Shown: positions 47,836 through 58,673, numbered from the stretch's first letter. The stretch is DNA of 64,000 nucleotides from an uncultured Planctomycetales bacterium (GCA_964520655.1 CAZFNI010000012.1:1917-65916); one strand, 5' to 3'. Notes: generated by a model from the sequence alone, not told the origin. Program-made: numbers and translations.

Positions 47836-49920
47836 CTACGGATGTATCAAGAGGGACCCCAGTTTAAATACAGCCAGGGCAAAACCATAAGCGAGGATGA
47901 ACATATAGACGAATTGGAACAGCGGCCACTTCCAGGAATTTGTCTCCCTGAACACAACGGCCATCGTACTAACGCACTGCATGGCAAATACATAAAAGAC
48001 CATGATACTTAAACATACCAGAGGTGTGAATAACGGCTTTCCGTCAGGCCAGGATGCTTTCTCAAACGCGTCTTTTAATGAGTCTTCCCTGGCATCTTTG
48101 CCGATATTAAAAACGATGTTCATCGTTGAGACAAACACTTCCCGGGCGGCAAATGAGGCGATCAAGCCGATGCCGATGCGCCAATCATATCCCAGCGGCT
48201 TGATGACCGGCTCGATCAAAGTCCCCGCCTGCCCCGCATAGCTATGCTTTAATGCCAGAGCCTCATCCATTCCTTCATGTTTTGGGTACGTCATTAACGC
48301 CCAAAGAATGATCGACAATGCCAGAATGATCGTCCCCGCACGCTGAAGGAACATGCCGCTGCGTTCCCACATATGCATCGCAATTGTTTTCCACGACGGG
48401 AAACGATACGGAGGCAATTCCATTAAGAATACTGGCTTTACAGATCTTAGTAAGGTCCTTTTAAAGATGAGGGCCATGATGCAGGCACCTGCGATGCCAA
48501 GTAAATACAACACAAGCATAACCCCGGCTTTCTGCATAGGGCCAGCTTTGGGCATCAACGCAGCGATCATGATCGCATAGACCGGCAAACGCGCTGAACA
48601 GCTCATCAGTGGCGCCACCAAGATCGTCACCAAACGGTCTTTAGGACTTTCAATGGTCCTCGCCGACATGATCCCCGGGATCGCACAGGCAAAGGAGCTT
48701 AACAGAGGAATGAACGATTTCCCATGCAAACCAACTTTGCTCATCACCCGATCCATGATAAATGCCGCACGCGCCATGTAACCGGTATCCTGCAACAAGC
48801 CGATAAAGAAAAACAGGATCAAGATCTGGGGCAAAAAGACCATCACCCCTCCGACTCCAGGAATGATCCCATTGACCATCAGATCTTTAAGATCCCCTAC
48901 GGCCATATGCGCACCGACCCAATCACCGAACACAGTGAACATATTATTGATAAAATCCATCGGAATGCTGGCTAGGGTAAAGATACAAAAGAACATGAAC
49001 CCCATCAGCAGGATAAAGAACATCCAGCCGAATATCTTGTGGGTCAGAAAACGGTCCAGCTTCTCGGTCAGATCCATGCCGATCTTTTCCTGCTGGATCA
49101 CGATCTCTTTGATGATGAATTTTATCCAGTCATATCTTGCCTCGATCACCGCTGTTCTGGAAGAAACGCCCAATGCCGCAACTTTCTTCAAAACCTCGGC
49201 AACTGCGGGATATGTCTGGGGATCGGTAAATCGTTTTGGGTCAACTTTTGATTGGGACAATAAATTCAAGCCCTCGGCAAAAGCCGCGTAGGCAGGAAGT
49301 TTTTCATGTTTTTGCAGCACTGCGGCCATTTCTTTGGCCAGATCTTCCATGACCGGGGCCATGCGCCAGGAACGCTTATAACGTGCCTTGACCCCTTCCT
49401 TGATCAATGATCTGATCTGATCAATACCGATATTTTGACTGGCCACCGCTTCAACAACAGGAACGCCGAAGATGGTAGAAAGCTTCTCGGTATCGATGCG
49501 CTTACCCTGTCGTTTGACCTCATCCATCATATTGAGGACCAGCATCATGGGCAATCCCAGGTCCTGAACCTGCGTGACCAAATACAAATTACGCTCTAAA
49601 TTTCCAGCATCTACAACGCACACCACCAGGTCAGGGACAGCACACCCTTCTTCCTTACCGAAAAGCACATCACGGGCGACCTGTTCGTCTAAAGAACGGA
49701 CGGAAAGACTATACGTCCCAGGAAGATCAATGACCTCTACCGTCTGAGAATCTCCCAGGTCCAGCACGCCCGTTTTTTTCTCAACTGTAACGCCCGGATA
49801 ATTACCCACCTTCTGACGCAAATGGGTCAAGGCATTAAACAGCGTGGTTTTGCCGGAATTGGGATTCCCTACTAGAGCAATGCTGTGATGGTGAGTTTTA
49901 TCTGATACAGTGGTTGGCAC
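47836..49920 (-). CDS. feoB: Ferrous iron transporter B
   Basis: The N-terminal G-domain is IALVGNPNSGKTTLFNALT. A polytopic membrane domain follows. Confidence 0.9.
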   Translation of the reverse strand: MPTTVSDKTHHHSIALVGNPNSGKTTLFNALTHLRQKVGNYPGVTVEKKTGVLDLGDSQTVEVIDLPGTYSLSVRSLDEQVARDVLFGKEEGCAVPDLVVCVVDAGNLERNLYLVTQVQDLGLPMMLVLNMMDEVKRQGKRIDTEKLSTIFGVPVVEAVASQNIGIDQIRSLIKEGVKARYKRSWRMAPVMEDLAKEMAAVLQKHEKLPAYAAFAEGLNLLSQSKVDPKRFTDPQTYPAVAEVLKKVAALGVSSRTAVIEARYDWIKFIIKEIVIQQEKIGMDLTEKLDRFLTHKIFGWMFFILLMGFMFFCIFTLASIPMDFINNMFTVFGDWVGAHMAVGDLKDLMVNGIIPGVGGVMVFLPQILILFFFIGLLQDTGYMARAAFIMDRVMSKVGLHGKSFIPLLSSFACAIPGIMSARTIESPKDRLVTILVAPLMSCSARLPVYAIMIAALMPKAGPMQKAGVMLVLYLLGIAGACIMALIFKRTLLRSVKPVFLMELPPYRFPSWKTIAMHMWERSGMFLQRAGTIILALSIILWALMTYPKHEGMDEALALKHSYAGQAGTLIEPVIKPLGYDWRIGIGLIASFAAREVFVSTMNIVFNIGKDAREDSLKDAFEKASWPDGKPLFTPLVCLSIMVFYVFAMQCVSTMAVVFRETNSWKWPLFQFVYMFILAYGFALAVFKLGSLLIHP

Positions 49921-50469
49921 TTAAAGTAAATTGACCATGATCTGGTCAGCTTCCTGTTTACGCAAAGATAATAAATAACCGCGGACCTTGATCTCGATGG
50001 GGTCGCCCAAAGGGGCATACCGGACGATCTCAATGGTCTCACCCGGGGTCAAGCCCATCTCTTCTAAGCGTTCGCTTTCCTCGAACATAAATTGCTGTAG
50101 AACGCCGCGCTGACCGACCGCCATGGTGCTTAATGCCGCCTGGCCTTTGGCACGCGTAACTGAGTGGCCTTGACATGGACAAATGTCCTTCACCATGATC
50201 TTTTGGGCGAGTTCCTTGCTTAAGATCACCTTTGTATCGCAGACTTTACAGATCAATGAACCGCTGTCGCTGACTTTTTCGATAATAGACGACTCGCAAA
50301 AGCCCATTTCCCTCAGGCGATCGCAGATCCCTTCGTCTCCGCAAAGACACTCCACCTTTAAACTTGTCCGCGTACCCGCTTTAGACAATGTTTTAGAATC
50401 AGCGTGACAGACACAGGTATCTTTCTTAATAAATTTATCCCAAAAACTCATGACTCTCCGCAGGAACAA
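49921..50469 (-). CDS. feoA: Tandem FeoA-FeoA protein with a Cys-rich N-terminus
   Basis: There are two SH3-like FeoA modules. It lies directly upstream of feoB and abuts it. Confidence 0.6.
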   Translation of the reverse strand: MFLRRVMSFWDKFIKKDTCVCHADSKTLSKAGTRTSLKVECLCGDEGICDRLREMGFCESSIIEKVSDSGSLICKVCDTKVILSKELAQKIMVKDICPCQGHSVTRAKGQAALSTMAVGQRGVLQQFMFEESERLEEMGLTPGETIEIVRYAPLGDPIEIKVRGYLLSLRKQEADQIMVNLL

Positions 50470-50731
50470 TCACCGCAAGGGCTCTTCCCTAATGTTTTAA
50501 ATTTTCTCAATAACCTCAGGACAAGATAGATCAGGCTCAGCAAAACCAATACAGGAACGATCAATGGACGATCCTTTTTGAATTAAATACGTCAATATTT
50601 AACTTATTTATAGCAGATTGCGCCTTAAAGTCAATAGGTATTGATACGGACAGGATGTGTCGTATTTCTAAAATCTTTTGATTTGTTCCCTGGAATGATC
50701 TATACTTCAACACAAGAATTTCTATTCTTAT

Positions 50732-50807
50732 GCGCCTGTAGCTCAATTTTGGATAGAGCGAGACACTCCTAACGTCTAGGCTGACCGTTCGATTCGGTCC
50801 AGGCGCA
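50732..50807 (+). tRNA. tRNA-Arg (anticodon CCT)
   Basis: A hand-folded cloverleaf fits. The acceptor stem is GCGCCTG/CAGGCGC. The D-arm is GCTC-AATTTTGGATA-GAGC. The anticodon stem is AGACA/CGTCT with one A-C mismatch. The anticodon loop is CT-CCT-AA. The T-arm is GACCG-TTCGATT-CGGTC. The discriminator is A. There is no encoded CCA. Confidence 0.75.
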
Positions 50808-50808
50808 C

Positions 50809-52290
50809 TTATCTTGACTGATAAGGTTCAAGCGCTTTAACATAGCCTTCAGGAGCGTTATACCCCAAGATCCTGGCTTCTTCCAAATAGCGGATCGCCC
50901 CTTTAAAATCCTTGGATTTGTAGGACAGAATGGACAAATTAACAAATGCATTGACGTGCTTGGGATCAATGCTCGTGGTTTTCAAATAAGAAGCGATCGC
51001 CTCAGCTGTCTGACCCAAAGTCGCGTAGACATTCCCCATATTATAATAGGCTTCGCTGTGTTTGGGATTGATCTCCACCGCTCTCTCATAATCATTGAGC
51101 GATTCCCGAAGTTCGCCGGCTGTTTCATTGAGATATCCCAAATTAAAGAATGCCTGGTCATTATTGGGATCGATCTTGATGACCTTCTCATACAAGCTCC
51201 TGGCACGGCTGACATCGCCTAAAGCGTTATAGATTATCCCTAAATTCAAATACGCTTTCGTCGTACGCGGGTACAGTTTCACAATGCGGGAATAGAGGAT
51301 GATGGCATTCTTGTAATCCCCCGCTTCTTTTAAACGATACGCCACATTCTGCAGGGTTTTTTCATGCTTGGGGTCCAGTTCCAAAGCTTTGCGGTAATAA
51401 CGCATCGCCTGTTCATATCCTCCGACCTGCTCATATAAAAATCCCAGATTAAAATAATCGTTGGCTGAATAATTCTTGCGTTTGCTGACCTGTTCATACT
51501 CAGCAAGCATTTCTTCCCGCTTTTCCTTATATATCCTTTCCTGAGGATATTTCATGACCGCTTTACCGTAGGCTTCCATGACCCTCAAATACACATCTTC
51601 TTCGTCGGGAACAGTGCTCAACAATTGGTTGAACAAACGCACCAATTCTTCGCTGTTACCCTCGTTAATATAGATATCCCCCAATCCGAAATACCCTTCC
51701 GCGTTCTTGGGGTACTGAACGATCGCACGTCGGTAGAGCTCTTTTGCCTCTGCCGTTTTCCCCTGCTCGAGGATTAATATGCGCGCCCAATGCTGCATGG
51801 CATCAGACGTATTGCCATGAGTAACGCGATAACCCCATAACGTTTGCTGATCCTTCCACACGCTGTTGATCTGAAGTGTCAGCATCATCAGTCCCAGGAT
51901 AAGGACATAGACCCCGATCAAAAATAAATGCCTGACCACTGCTTCCTGGGTCTTGAGGAACTTATAAAATCGTTCATAGCCTATACCTGCATATGCCCCA
52001 GCACCCCAGACGATCACGTATGCGACGGCATTAAATGCGCTAAAGACACCGGATGCCCACACATAGGCATGACCTGGGAATAAGGCAAATAACAATGCCC
52101 CGATCAAAGAGGCCCTTACGCCGACTTTCAGCTGCAGGTAAACATACAACGCAAAAACCATGAAAATATGTAACACTAAAACCAGCGGCTCTACCCATGA
52201 CTGGAATGAATTAATGATGATCGAATAATTAGCAGCAATAACTATAAGGATAAGGACGAAGATCGCCGGAAGGAACTTTTTTGGCTGCAT
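50809..52290 (-). CDS. Membrane-anchored TPR-repeat protein
   Basis: The N-terminus has about 5 TM helices. At least 8 TPR units follow (YNNAIILYSRIVKLYP..., AYYNMGNVYATLGQ...). Confidence 0.55.
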   Translation of the reverse strand: MQPKKFLPAIFVLILIVIAANYSIIINSFQSWVEPLVLVLHIFMVFALYVYLQLKVGVRASLIGALLFALFPGHAYVWASGVFSAFNAVAYVIVWGAGAYAGIGYERFYKFLKTQEAVVRHLFLIGVYVLILGLMMLTLQINSVWKDQQTLWGYRVTHGNTSDAMQHWARILILEQGKTAEAKELYRRAIVQYPKNAEGYFGLGDIYINEGNSEELVRLFNQLLSTVPDEEDVYLRVMEAYGKAVMKYPQERIYKEKREEMLAEYEQVSKRKNYSANDYFNLGFLYEQVGGYEQAMRYYRKALELDPKHEKTLQNVAYRLKEAGDYKNAIILYSRIVKLYPRTTKAYLNLGIIYNALGDVSRARSLYEKVIKIDPNNDQAFFNLGYLNETAGELRESLNDYERAVEINPKHSEAYYNMGNVYATLGQTAEAIASYLKTTSIDPKHVNAFVNLSILSYKSKDFKGAIRYLEEARILGYNAPEGYVKALEPYQSR

Positions 52291-52889
52291 CAGTACTGAA
52301 TAAGCGAATGGACCGGGAACCCTTTAAGCTTAGATTTCCCTTTTAAGAATTTCAATTCAATGATAAAAGCAACACCTATCAATTTTGCACTTTGGCTTTT
52401 AAGCAGATCAAGAACAGCCCTGACCGTACCGCCAGTCGCCAAAAGATCATCAACGACCAAAACCCTGGCCCCTTTGACGATGGCATCTTCATGCATCTCT
52501 AATGTGTCGGTGCCATATTCCAACTGATAAGTAATGCTTGTCGTTTTATAAGGAAGCTTGCCTTTTTTGCGGACCGGAATAAAACCAGCCCCCAATTTAT
52601 ATGCCAATGCAGCCCCAAAGATAAAACCACGGGCCTCAACACCGACGACATATTCTACTTTCTTTCCCTTATATTTTAACGCCAGCGCATCAATCGTCTT
52701 TTTGAAAGCTGCTGGATGTTTCAATAAAGTGGAAATATCCTTAAAAATGATCCCTTTTTTAGGGAAGTCTGGAATATCACGGATATGTTTTTTAAGGTCA
52801 TTGACGGTCATACTAAAGATCTCCCATCGACTTAGCCCGAACAAAACGCGCTGGCAACACTTCTTTGACAGGAAGCTTGGCTTTGCCAT
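52290..52889 (-). CDS. apt: Adenine phosphoribosyltransferase (likely true start at MTVNDLKK, ~52811)
   Basis: DIPDFPKKGIIFKDIS...VVGVEARGFIFG...VLVVDDLLATGGT is the Apt PRPP-binding motif. Confidence 0.8.
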   Translation of the reverse strand: MAKPSFLSKKCCQRVLFGLSRWEIFSMTVNDLKKHIRDIPDFPKKGIIFKDISTLLKHPAAFKKTIDALALKYKGKKVEYVVGVEARGFIFGAALAYKLGAGFIPVRKKGKLPYKTTSITYQLEYGTDTLEMHEDAIVKGARVLVVDDLLATGGTVRAVLDLLKSQSAKLIGVAFIIELKFLKGKSKLKGFPVHSLIQY

Positions 52890-53667
52890 GGCTGATCTGA
52901 TACAACATCTCCAAACCTAAACGTCCCATTTCAACCAACGGTTGGGCGACAGTGGCCAGCTTGATCGGCGAGTGCGTATTAAGCGGATTATCATCAAAAC
53001 CGCAAACAGCCAATTCTTGAGGGACAGCGATCTTTTTTGTTTTAGCCACGTCCAATACTTCCAGCGCCATGACGTCAGACGCTGCAAAGATAGCCGTTGG
53101 ACGGTCTTTTATTTTCAGCAGGTCCTGTGTTGCCTGGCGTGCTGGAGTCCTTAAGAAACCACCTATCTTGACATACCTCTTATCTGGAGTGATATTATGC
53201 TTCTTTAACGCATCATTATACCCCTCCAACCTGGAACTGCCCGCCTGTGTCGAGAGATCCCCGGCAATCGTCGCGATCTTGGTATGACCAAGCTTGATGA
53301 ATTCTTCAACAACATTGTAAGCCGCTTTGTAATTATTCACGGCAATATAATTGATCGGCTCGGAAATAATATTATTCAAAACCAAACACGGCATGCCGCG
53401 CATGATGGCCTTCTTGACGATCTCCAGGTCATTATCGATATCCGCGAATAAAACACCGTCCACATGCTTACGGTCAAGCAGCGTCGCATCAAGCCAGGAG
53501 GAATGATCCTGACGGTCAGTGATATGCACGAGGAAATCCACATTCAAACGGGAGGCCGCCAGATTGACGCCTTTGGTGATCTCGCCTGTATAGTATGCGT
53601 GAAAGATATCTTCAAACCGGGGCAAGATCAGGACATAGATTGGTTTTCTTTTTAAAGCCGCCGCCAT
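52813..53667 (-). CDS. LacI-family periplasmic-binding-fold domain protein (no N-terminal HTH seen)
   Basis: It has a sugar-binding-domain-like fold (…AIFAASDVMALEVLD…VPQELAVCGFDDNPL…). It has no helix-turn-helix at the N-terminus. Confidence 0.55.
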   Translation of the reverse strand: MAAALKRKPIYVLILPRFEDIFHAYYTGEITKGVNLAASRLNVDFLVHITDRQDHSSWLDATLLDRKHVDGVLFADIDNDLEIVKKAIMRGMPCLVLNNIISEPINYIAVNNYKAAYNVVEEFIKLGHTKIATIAGDLSTQAGSSRLEGYNDALKKHNITPDKRYVKIGGFLRTPARQATQDLLKIKDRPTAIFAASDVMALEVLDVAKTKKIAVPQELAVCGFDDNPLNTHSPIKLATVAQPLVEMGRLGLEMLYQISHGKAKLPVKEVLPARFVRAKSMGDL

Positions 53668-54491
53668 TACTTTTCCTCCCCCTGCGATTCTTTTTCGTTT
53701 AAGAACTTCTTTAGCTTCTTGATGGTCAGTTCCTGGATCTGACGGACGCGTTCACGGGAAATACTAAGCTTCTTGGCGATCTCCGACAGGGTATGCTCCA
53801 CCCCATCCTCGCCCAAGCCATAGCGCATTTCTATGATGGTGCGTTCGCGCTCATCTAACCAATTCAGCAAAGACTGGGCGCGCTCCTTATTCAAGAACAT
53901 TTCCACCGACGCGTCAGGAGCTGCCATCGATTCATCTTCGATGATGTCCTTGATCTGACCTTCACCATCCTCGCCTAATGGGGCATCAAGGCTTGACATT
54001 TTAGTGATCGCCCCTTCAAGCTCACGAACCTTATCAACGGAGACCTTTAATTTCTTGGCGATCTCGGCAACGCTTGGACGGCGCCGCAGCGCGTGGGTCA
54101 ATTTCTCGACCATCTTGCGGTATTTCATGATCTCTTCGTTAAGATAGACGGGAACACGGATCATTTTCCCCTGATCGATGATCGCGCGGGAGATCCCCTG
54201 CTTGATCCACCAGGCCGCGTATGTCGAGAAACGAAAACCTTTATCAGGGTCGAATTTATCCACCCCGCGCATCAGTCCAATATTACCTTCCTCGATCAAA
54301 TCACTTAAAGAGATCCCTAGATTGGTATAACGCTTGGCAATGCTGATAACAAGCCTCAAATTCGACTTGATCATCGCGTCGCGCGCCGTCTTATCCCCTT
54401 TTTGGATACGCTTGGCCAGCTCAACTTCTTGCGCGGCCGTCAACAGCGGGATATTCTTGATCTCTTTTAAGTAGACTTTAATCGGGTCCAT
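53667..54491 (-). CDS. Sigma-70 family RNA polymerase sigma factor (group 1/2 type, no region 1.1)
   Basis: Region 2 is [37 protein letters not shown]. Region 4 is [26 protein letters not shown]. Confidence 0.85.
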   Translation of the reverse strand: MDPIKVYLKEIKNIPLLTAAQEVELAKRIQKGDKTARDAMIKSNLRLVISIAKRYTNLGISLSDLIEEGNIGLMRGVDKFDPDKGFRFSTYAAWWIKQGISRAIIDQGKMIRVPVYLNEEIMKYRKMVEKLTHALRRRPSVAEIAKKLKVSVDKVRELEGAITKMSSLDAPLGEDGEGQIKDIIEDESMAAPDASVEMFLNKERAQSLLNWLDERERTIIEMRYGLGEDGVEHTLSEIAKKLSISRERVRQIQELTIKKLKKFLNEKESQGEEK

Positions 54492-54519
54492 TATTTCCCT
54501 TTGTTTGAAGGGTTATTGA

Positions 54520-57285
54520 TTACTTTGCCTTCTTTTTCGATTCGATCGCCGCCTGCGCCGCCGCTAAACGGGCGATAGGCACGCGGTACGGTGAACAAGA
54601 TACGTAATTCATCCCGGCCTTGTGGCAGAATTTCACGCTTTGGGCTTCACCGCCGTGTTCCCCGCAAATACCAACTTTTAAATTCTTGCGGGTGGAACGA
54701 CCGCGCTCAATACCCCACTTGACGAGCATCCCGACGCCGCTTTGATCCAGACTTTGGAATGGATCATCACGCAGAATGCCTTTACCCCCATCTTTCTCCG
54801 TTGCGACATATACCGGAAGGAAGCGGCCGGCATCGTCGCGGGAAAGACCTAAGGTCATCTGTGTCAAATCATTGGTACCGAAGCTGAAGAACTCCGCAAC
54901 TTCTGCTAATTGATCCGCCAGCAGGGCCGCACGCGGGATCTCGATCATGGTCCCAACCAAATAAGGTAGTTTCACCTTAGCAGTTTTGATCAAACGATCA
55001 GCCACAAGCCTTGTCTGCTGTTCTAGAATACTAAGCTCTTTTTTATCAATGGTCAAGGGGTGCATGATCTCAGGATAAACCTTGATGCCTTCCTTAACGC
55101 ATTGGATCGCTGCTTCAATGATCGCGGTGGTCTGCATTTCCAGAATTTCCGGATAGGTGATCGACAAACGGCAGCCGCGGTGACCAAGCATGGGGTTTGA
55201 TTCATGCAGTTGTTCGCAGCGGTGACGGATCTTATCCGGGGAAATGCCCGTGACCTTGCTTAATTTCTCAACACCCGCGTTGTCCTTCGGAGTGAACTCA
55301 TGCAGCGGCGGATCGATCAAACGGATCGTGACCGGCTTGCCGTTCATGGCCTTGAATATGCCATAGAAATCATTGCGTTGGAACGGCAGCAATTTCGCTA
55401 AAGCGCCTTTTCTGGATTCCACTGTATCCGCAACGATCATTTCCTGGATGGCCAGACGGCGTTCCTCTGTATCGAAGAACATGTGTTCTGTGCGGCACAA
55501 CCCGATCCCTTCAGCCCCCATCTTGATGGCATTCTCGGCATCATAAGGTGTGTCAGCATTGGTACGCACATTGATCGTACGGAACGTGTCCGCCCACTTT
55601 AAGACAGTGTAGTAGCTTTGAGGTAATTCCGGTTCCTTCAACGGAAGATCGCCGACAAAGATATCACCTGCAGAACCATCGAGAGTGATGTACTCACCAT
55701 GCTTGACCGTCTTGCCATGGATAGTAAACTGTTTTGCTTCATAATTGATATTCAACGCTTCGCATCCAACGATACAGCATTTCCCCCAACCGCGGGCAAC
55801 GACAGCCGCGTGTGATGTTTTCCCGCCGGTGGCCGTCAAGATACCTTTGGCTGCGTGCATACCGCCGACATCTTCAGGGCTTGTCTCTTTACGGACCAAA
55901 ATGACCTTCTCGCCTTTATGCGCTAATTTCTCGGCCTCTTCAGCGGTGAACACAACCTTACCGGAAGCAGCGCCTGGAACAGCATTGATACCGGAACCGA
56001 TCTTGGCATTTTTTAATTGCTCAGCCGTGGTCCTCTTGGTGTCAATGACCGGATAGAATAAACGTTCAATATCATCGGAATTGATACGACCTACCGCTTG
56101 TTCCTTTGTCAGAACAGGTTTAACCGCCATAGCGGCATATTTCTTGGGCAAATACCCCTTCTTGACCAAGTCATTGGCTTGAGCCTTGCTTAACAAAGGC
56201 TTGGTGGCGTGATCCAAGGCGATCTGGAATGCTGCCGACGGAGAACGTTTTCCCGTGCGGCACTGAAGCATGTATAATTTTTCATCTTCGATCGTGAATT
56301 CCAGGTCCTGCATTTCCTTATAATAGGATTCCAAGATCGCGCGTACGGCGCATAATTGATCATACGCCTTCGGCATGGTCTGCTGCAAGGTTTCCAATTT
56401 CAGCGGCGTACGGATACCGGCAACGACGTCTTCGCCTTGAGCGTTGATCAAGTAATCGCCGTAGAAAATATTCTCGCCGGTATTCGGGTCTCTGGTAAAA
56501 CATACGCCTGTACCGCTGTTCTCACCCTTGTTGCCGAACACCATTTGCACGACGTTTACGGCCGTCCCTTTGAGGTCTGTGATCTTCTCAACGCGGCGGT
56601 AGGTCTGGGCCTTTTCCGCTTCCCAGCTATTGAAGACCGCCATGATCGCACCCCACAACTGTTTCCAGGGATCTTGGGGAAAGTCTTCCTTTTTATTCAA
56701 TTTATAGAAAGCCTTGAATTGATCACACAATTCCTTGAGCTTTTCAGCAGGGATCTCAGGATCGTTCTTTACGCCGATCTGATGCTTCATCTCATGCAGC
56801 ATGTCTTCCATCGGCTGCTTGGAGAGCCCCATGGCTGTCGAGGAATACATTTGGATGAAACGGCGGTACGCATCATAAGCGAAACGCGGATTGCCGGTTT
56901 TCTTCGCTAAACCCTCGACGGATTTATCATTTAACCCTAAATTCAAAATAGTTTCCAACATCCCCGGCATGGAACGCGCCGCACCGGAACGGACGGAGAT
57001 CAACAAAGGATCATTAGCGTCGCCTAACTTCTTGCCCGTGACCTTTTCTAATTTCACAACAGCGTCGCGCACTTCTTTTTCCAAGCCTTTAGGCAGCTTG
57101 CGGCCTAACTTATAATATTCTTCGCAGGTTTGGATACTGACCGTAAAACCCGCCGGAACACTGATACCGATCGAGGTCATTTCCATCAACCCTACGCCTT
57201 TACCGCCCAACACATTCTTTGTAAGATCTGAACCCTTCGCTTCCGCTTTTCCAGCGCCGTATGAAAATACATGCTTGTTTGCCAT
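54520..57285 (-). CDS. ppdK: Pyruvate, phosphate dikinase
   Basis: 921 aa. The N-terminus GGKGVGLMEMTSIGISVPAGF, the phospho-His region and the PEP-utilising C-terminal TIM barrel match PpdK. Confidence 0.9.
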   Translation of the reverse strand: MANKHVFSYGAGKAEAKGSDLTKNVLGGKGVGLMEMTSIGISVPAGFTVSIQTCEEYYKLGRKLPKGLEKEVRDAVVKLEKVTGKKLGDANDPLLISVRSGAARSMPGMLETILNLGLNDKSVEGLAKKTGNPRFAYDAYRRFIQMYSSTAMGLSKQPMEDMLHEMKHQIGVKNDPEIPAEKLKELCDQFKAFYKLNKKEDFPQDPWKQLWGAIMAVFNSWEAEKAQTYRRVEKITDLKGTAVNVVQMVFGNKGENSGTGVCFTRDPNTGENIFYGDYLINAQGEDVVAGIRTPLKLETLQQTMPKAYDQLCAVRAILESYYKEMQDLEFTIEDEKLYMLQCRTGKRSPSAAFQIALDHATKPLLSKAQANDLVKKGYLPKKYAAMAVKPVLTKEQAVGRINSDDIERLFYPVIDTKRTTAEQLKNAKIGSGINAVPGAASGKVVFTAEEAEKLAHKGEKVILVRKETSPEDVGGMHAAKGILTATGGKTSHAAVVARGWGKCCIVGCEALNINYEAKQFTIHGKTVKHGEYITLDGSAGDIFVGDLPLKEPELPQSYYTVLKWADTFRTINVRTNADTPYDAENAIKMGAEGIGLCRTEHMFFDTEERRLAIQEMIVADTVESRKGALAKLLPFQRNDFYGIFKAMNGKPVTIRLIDPPLHEFTPKDNAGVEKLSKVTGISPDKIRHRCEQLHESNPMLGHRGCRLSITYPEILEMQTTAIIEAAIQCVKEGIKVYPEIMHPLTIDKKELSILEQQTRLVADRLIKTAKVKLPYLVGTMIEIPRAALLADQLAEVAEFFSFGTNDLTQMTLGLSRDDAGRFLPVYVATEKDGGKGILRDDPFQSLDQSGVGMLVKWGIERGRSTRKNLKVGICGEHGGEAQSVKFCHKAGMNYVSCSPYRVPIARLAAAQAAIESKKKAK

Positions 57286-57312
57286 TGCAACTGCCTTTCT
57301 TTTTACCGTTTG

Positions 57313-58653
57313 CTATAAACGTTCTTTAATATATTTGTACAAATGATCAAGGGAAACGCGCTCCTGTTTCATAGTGTCGCGGTCCCGGACGGTGACCTGT
57401 TTATCTTCTAAGGATTGCACATCGACGGTGACGCAAAATACCGTGCCGACCTCATCCTGACGGCGATACAGCTTCCCGATCGCAGCGGAATCATCATACA
57501 CACAAACAATATCTTTTTGAAGCTCTGATTTGATTTTCTTGGCCAGGCTGACGATCCCTTCGTTCTTCTTTAACAATGGAAGAACAGCAACCTTGATCGG
57601 CGCCAATTTGGGATGGAATTTCATGACCACGCGAGTCTGCTCATTGACCGTTTCTTCATGATAGGCGTCGACTAAGAACGCCAGCGTGCCGCGGTCGCAG
57701 CCGCCGGAAGGTTCGATGACATGAGGATAAAATTTCTCATTGGTGACGGGATCGTGGTACATCAGATCCTGACCGGAGAACTGGGCATGCTGCTTAAGAT
57801 CATAATCGCCGCGATTGGCAATGCCTTCCAATTCCGATAACCCGAATGGAAATTCGTATTCAACGTCCGTGCAGCCGGCGGCATAATGTGCCAGCTCTTC
57901 CTTGCCGTGGACGCGTAATTTTAAATTCTCTTTTTTGATCCCTAGATCCAGATACCATTGATACCGCGCCTTGATCCATTCGTCATACTTGGCAGCCGCA
58001 TCTTCGGGACGGCAGAAATACTCAATTTCCATCTGTTCAAATTCTCTGGTGCGGAAAGTAAAATTTCCCGGCGTTATCTCATTGCGGAATGATTTACCGA
58101 TCTGGGCGATCCCAAACGGCAGTTTGCGGTGGGTCGCGTCGACCACATTGGGAAAATTGACAAAAATACCCTGAGCTGTCTCCGGGCGCAAATAGACGAC
58201 CGACGAAGAATCCTCCATCGCCCCCACGCTGGTCTTAAGCATCAGATTGAACGCGCGCGGTTCGGTGAATTCATTGGCCCCGCAATTAGGGCATTTGCCT
58301 TTCAGGTGGTCCTGACGGAAACGGCGTTTGCACTTTTTACAATCTACTAACACGTCGGTAAAATTATCCGTGTGTCCAGATGCCTTCCAGGTCATCGGAT
58401 GCATTAAAATGCTGGCATCCAGTCCGACGACATCCTCGCGGTGATGCACGACCGCCTGCCACCAGGCTGCTTTGACATTGCGTTTAAGTTCAGCACCCAT
58501 AGGACCATAGTCCCAGGCACCGCTTAAACCGCCATAAATTTCACTTGATTGGAAGATAAAACCGCGGCGTTTACAAACCGCAACGATCTTATCCATAAGA
58601 GTTGTTTCTGCCATAGAAGCCGCTATTGTAGCGAAAAGATTTTTAAATTGCAA
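57313..58653 (-). CDS. glyQS: Glycine--tRNA ligase (dimeric alpha2 type)
   Basis: RRGFIFQSSEIYGGLSGAWDYGPMGAELKRN is the class II motif 1 region of GlyRS. The length is 446 aa. Confidence 0.9.
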   Translation of the reverse strand: MQFKNLFATIAASMAETTLMDKIVAVCKRRGFIFQSSEIYGGLSGAWDYGPMGAELKRNVKAAWWQAVVHHREDVVGLDASILMHPMTWKASGHTDNFTDVLVDCKKCKRRFRQDHLKGKCPNCGANEFTEPRAFNLMLKTSVGAMEDSSSVVYLRPETAQGIFVNFPNVVDATHRKLPFGIAQIGKSFRNEITPGNFTFRTREFEQMEIEYFCRPEDAAAKYDEWIKARYQWYLDLGIKKENLKLRVHGKEELAHYAAGCTDVEYEFPFGLSELEGIANRGDYDLKQHAQFSGQDLMYHDPVTNEKFYPHVIEPSGGCDRGTLAFLVDAYHEETVNEQTRVVMKFHPKLAPIKVAVLPLLKKNEGIVSLAKKIKSELQKDIVCVYDDSAAIGKLYRRQDEVGTVFCVTVDVQSLEDKQVTVRDRDTMKQERVSLDHLYKYIKERL

Positions 58654-58673
58654 GTGCCATATGTCGGCATTTT

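Noticed and set aside
50561-50969. Small minus-strand ORFs 50561..50746 and 50769..50969.
   Set aside because: They overlap the tRNA-Arg gene and the 3' end of the TPR gene. There are no coding features. They are spurious.
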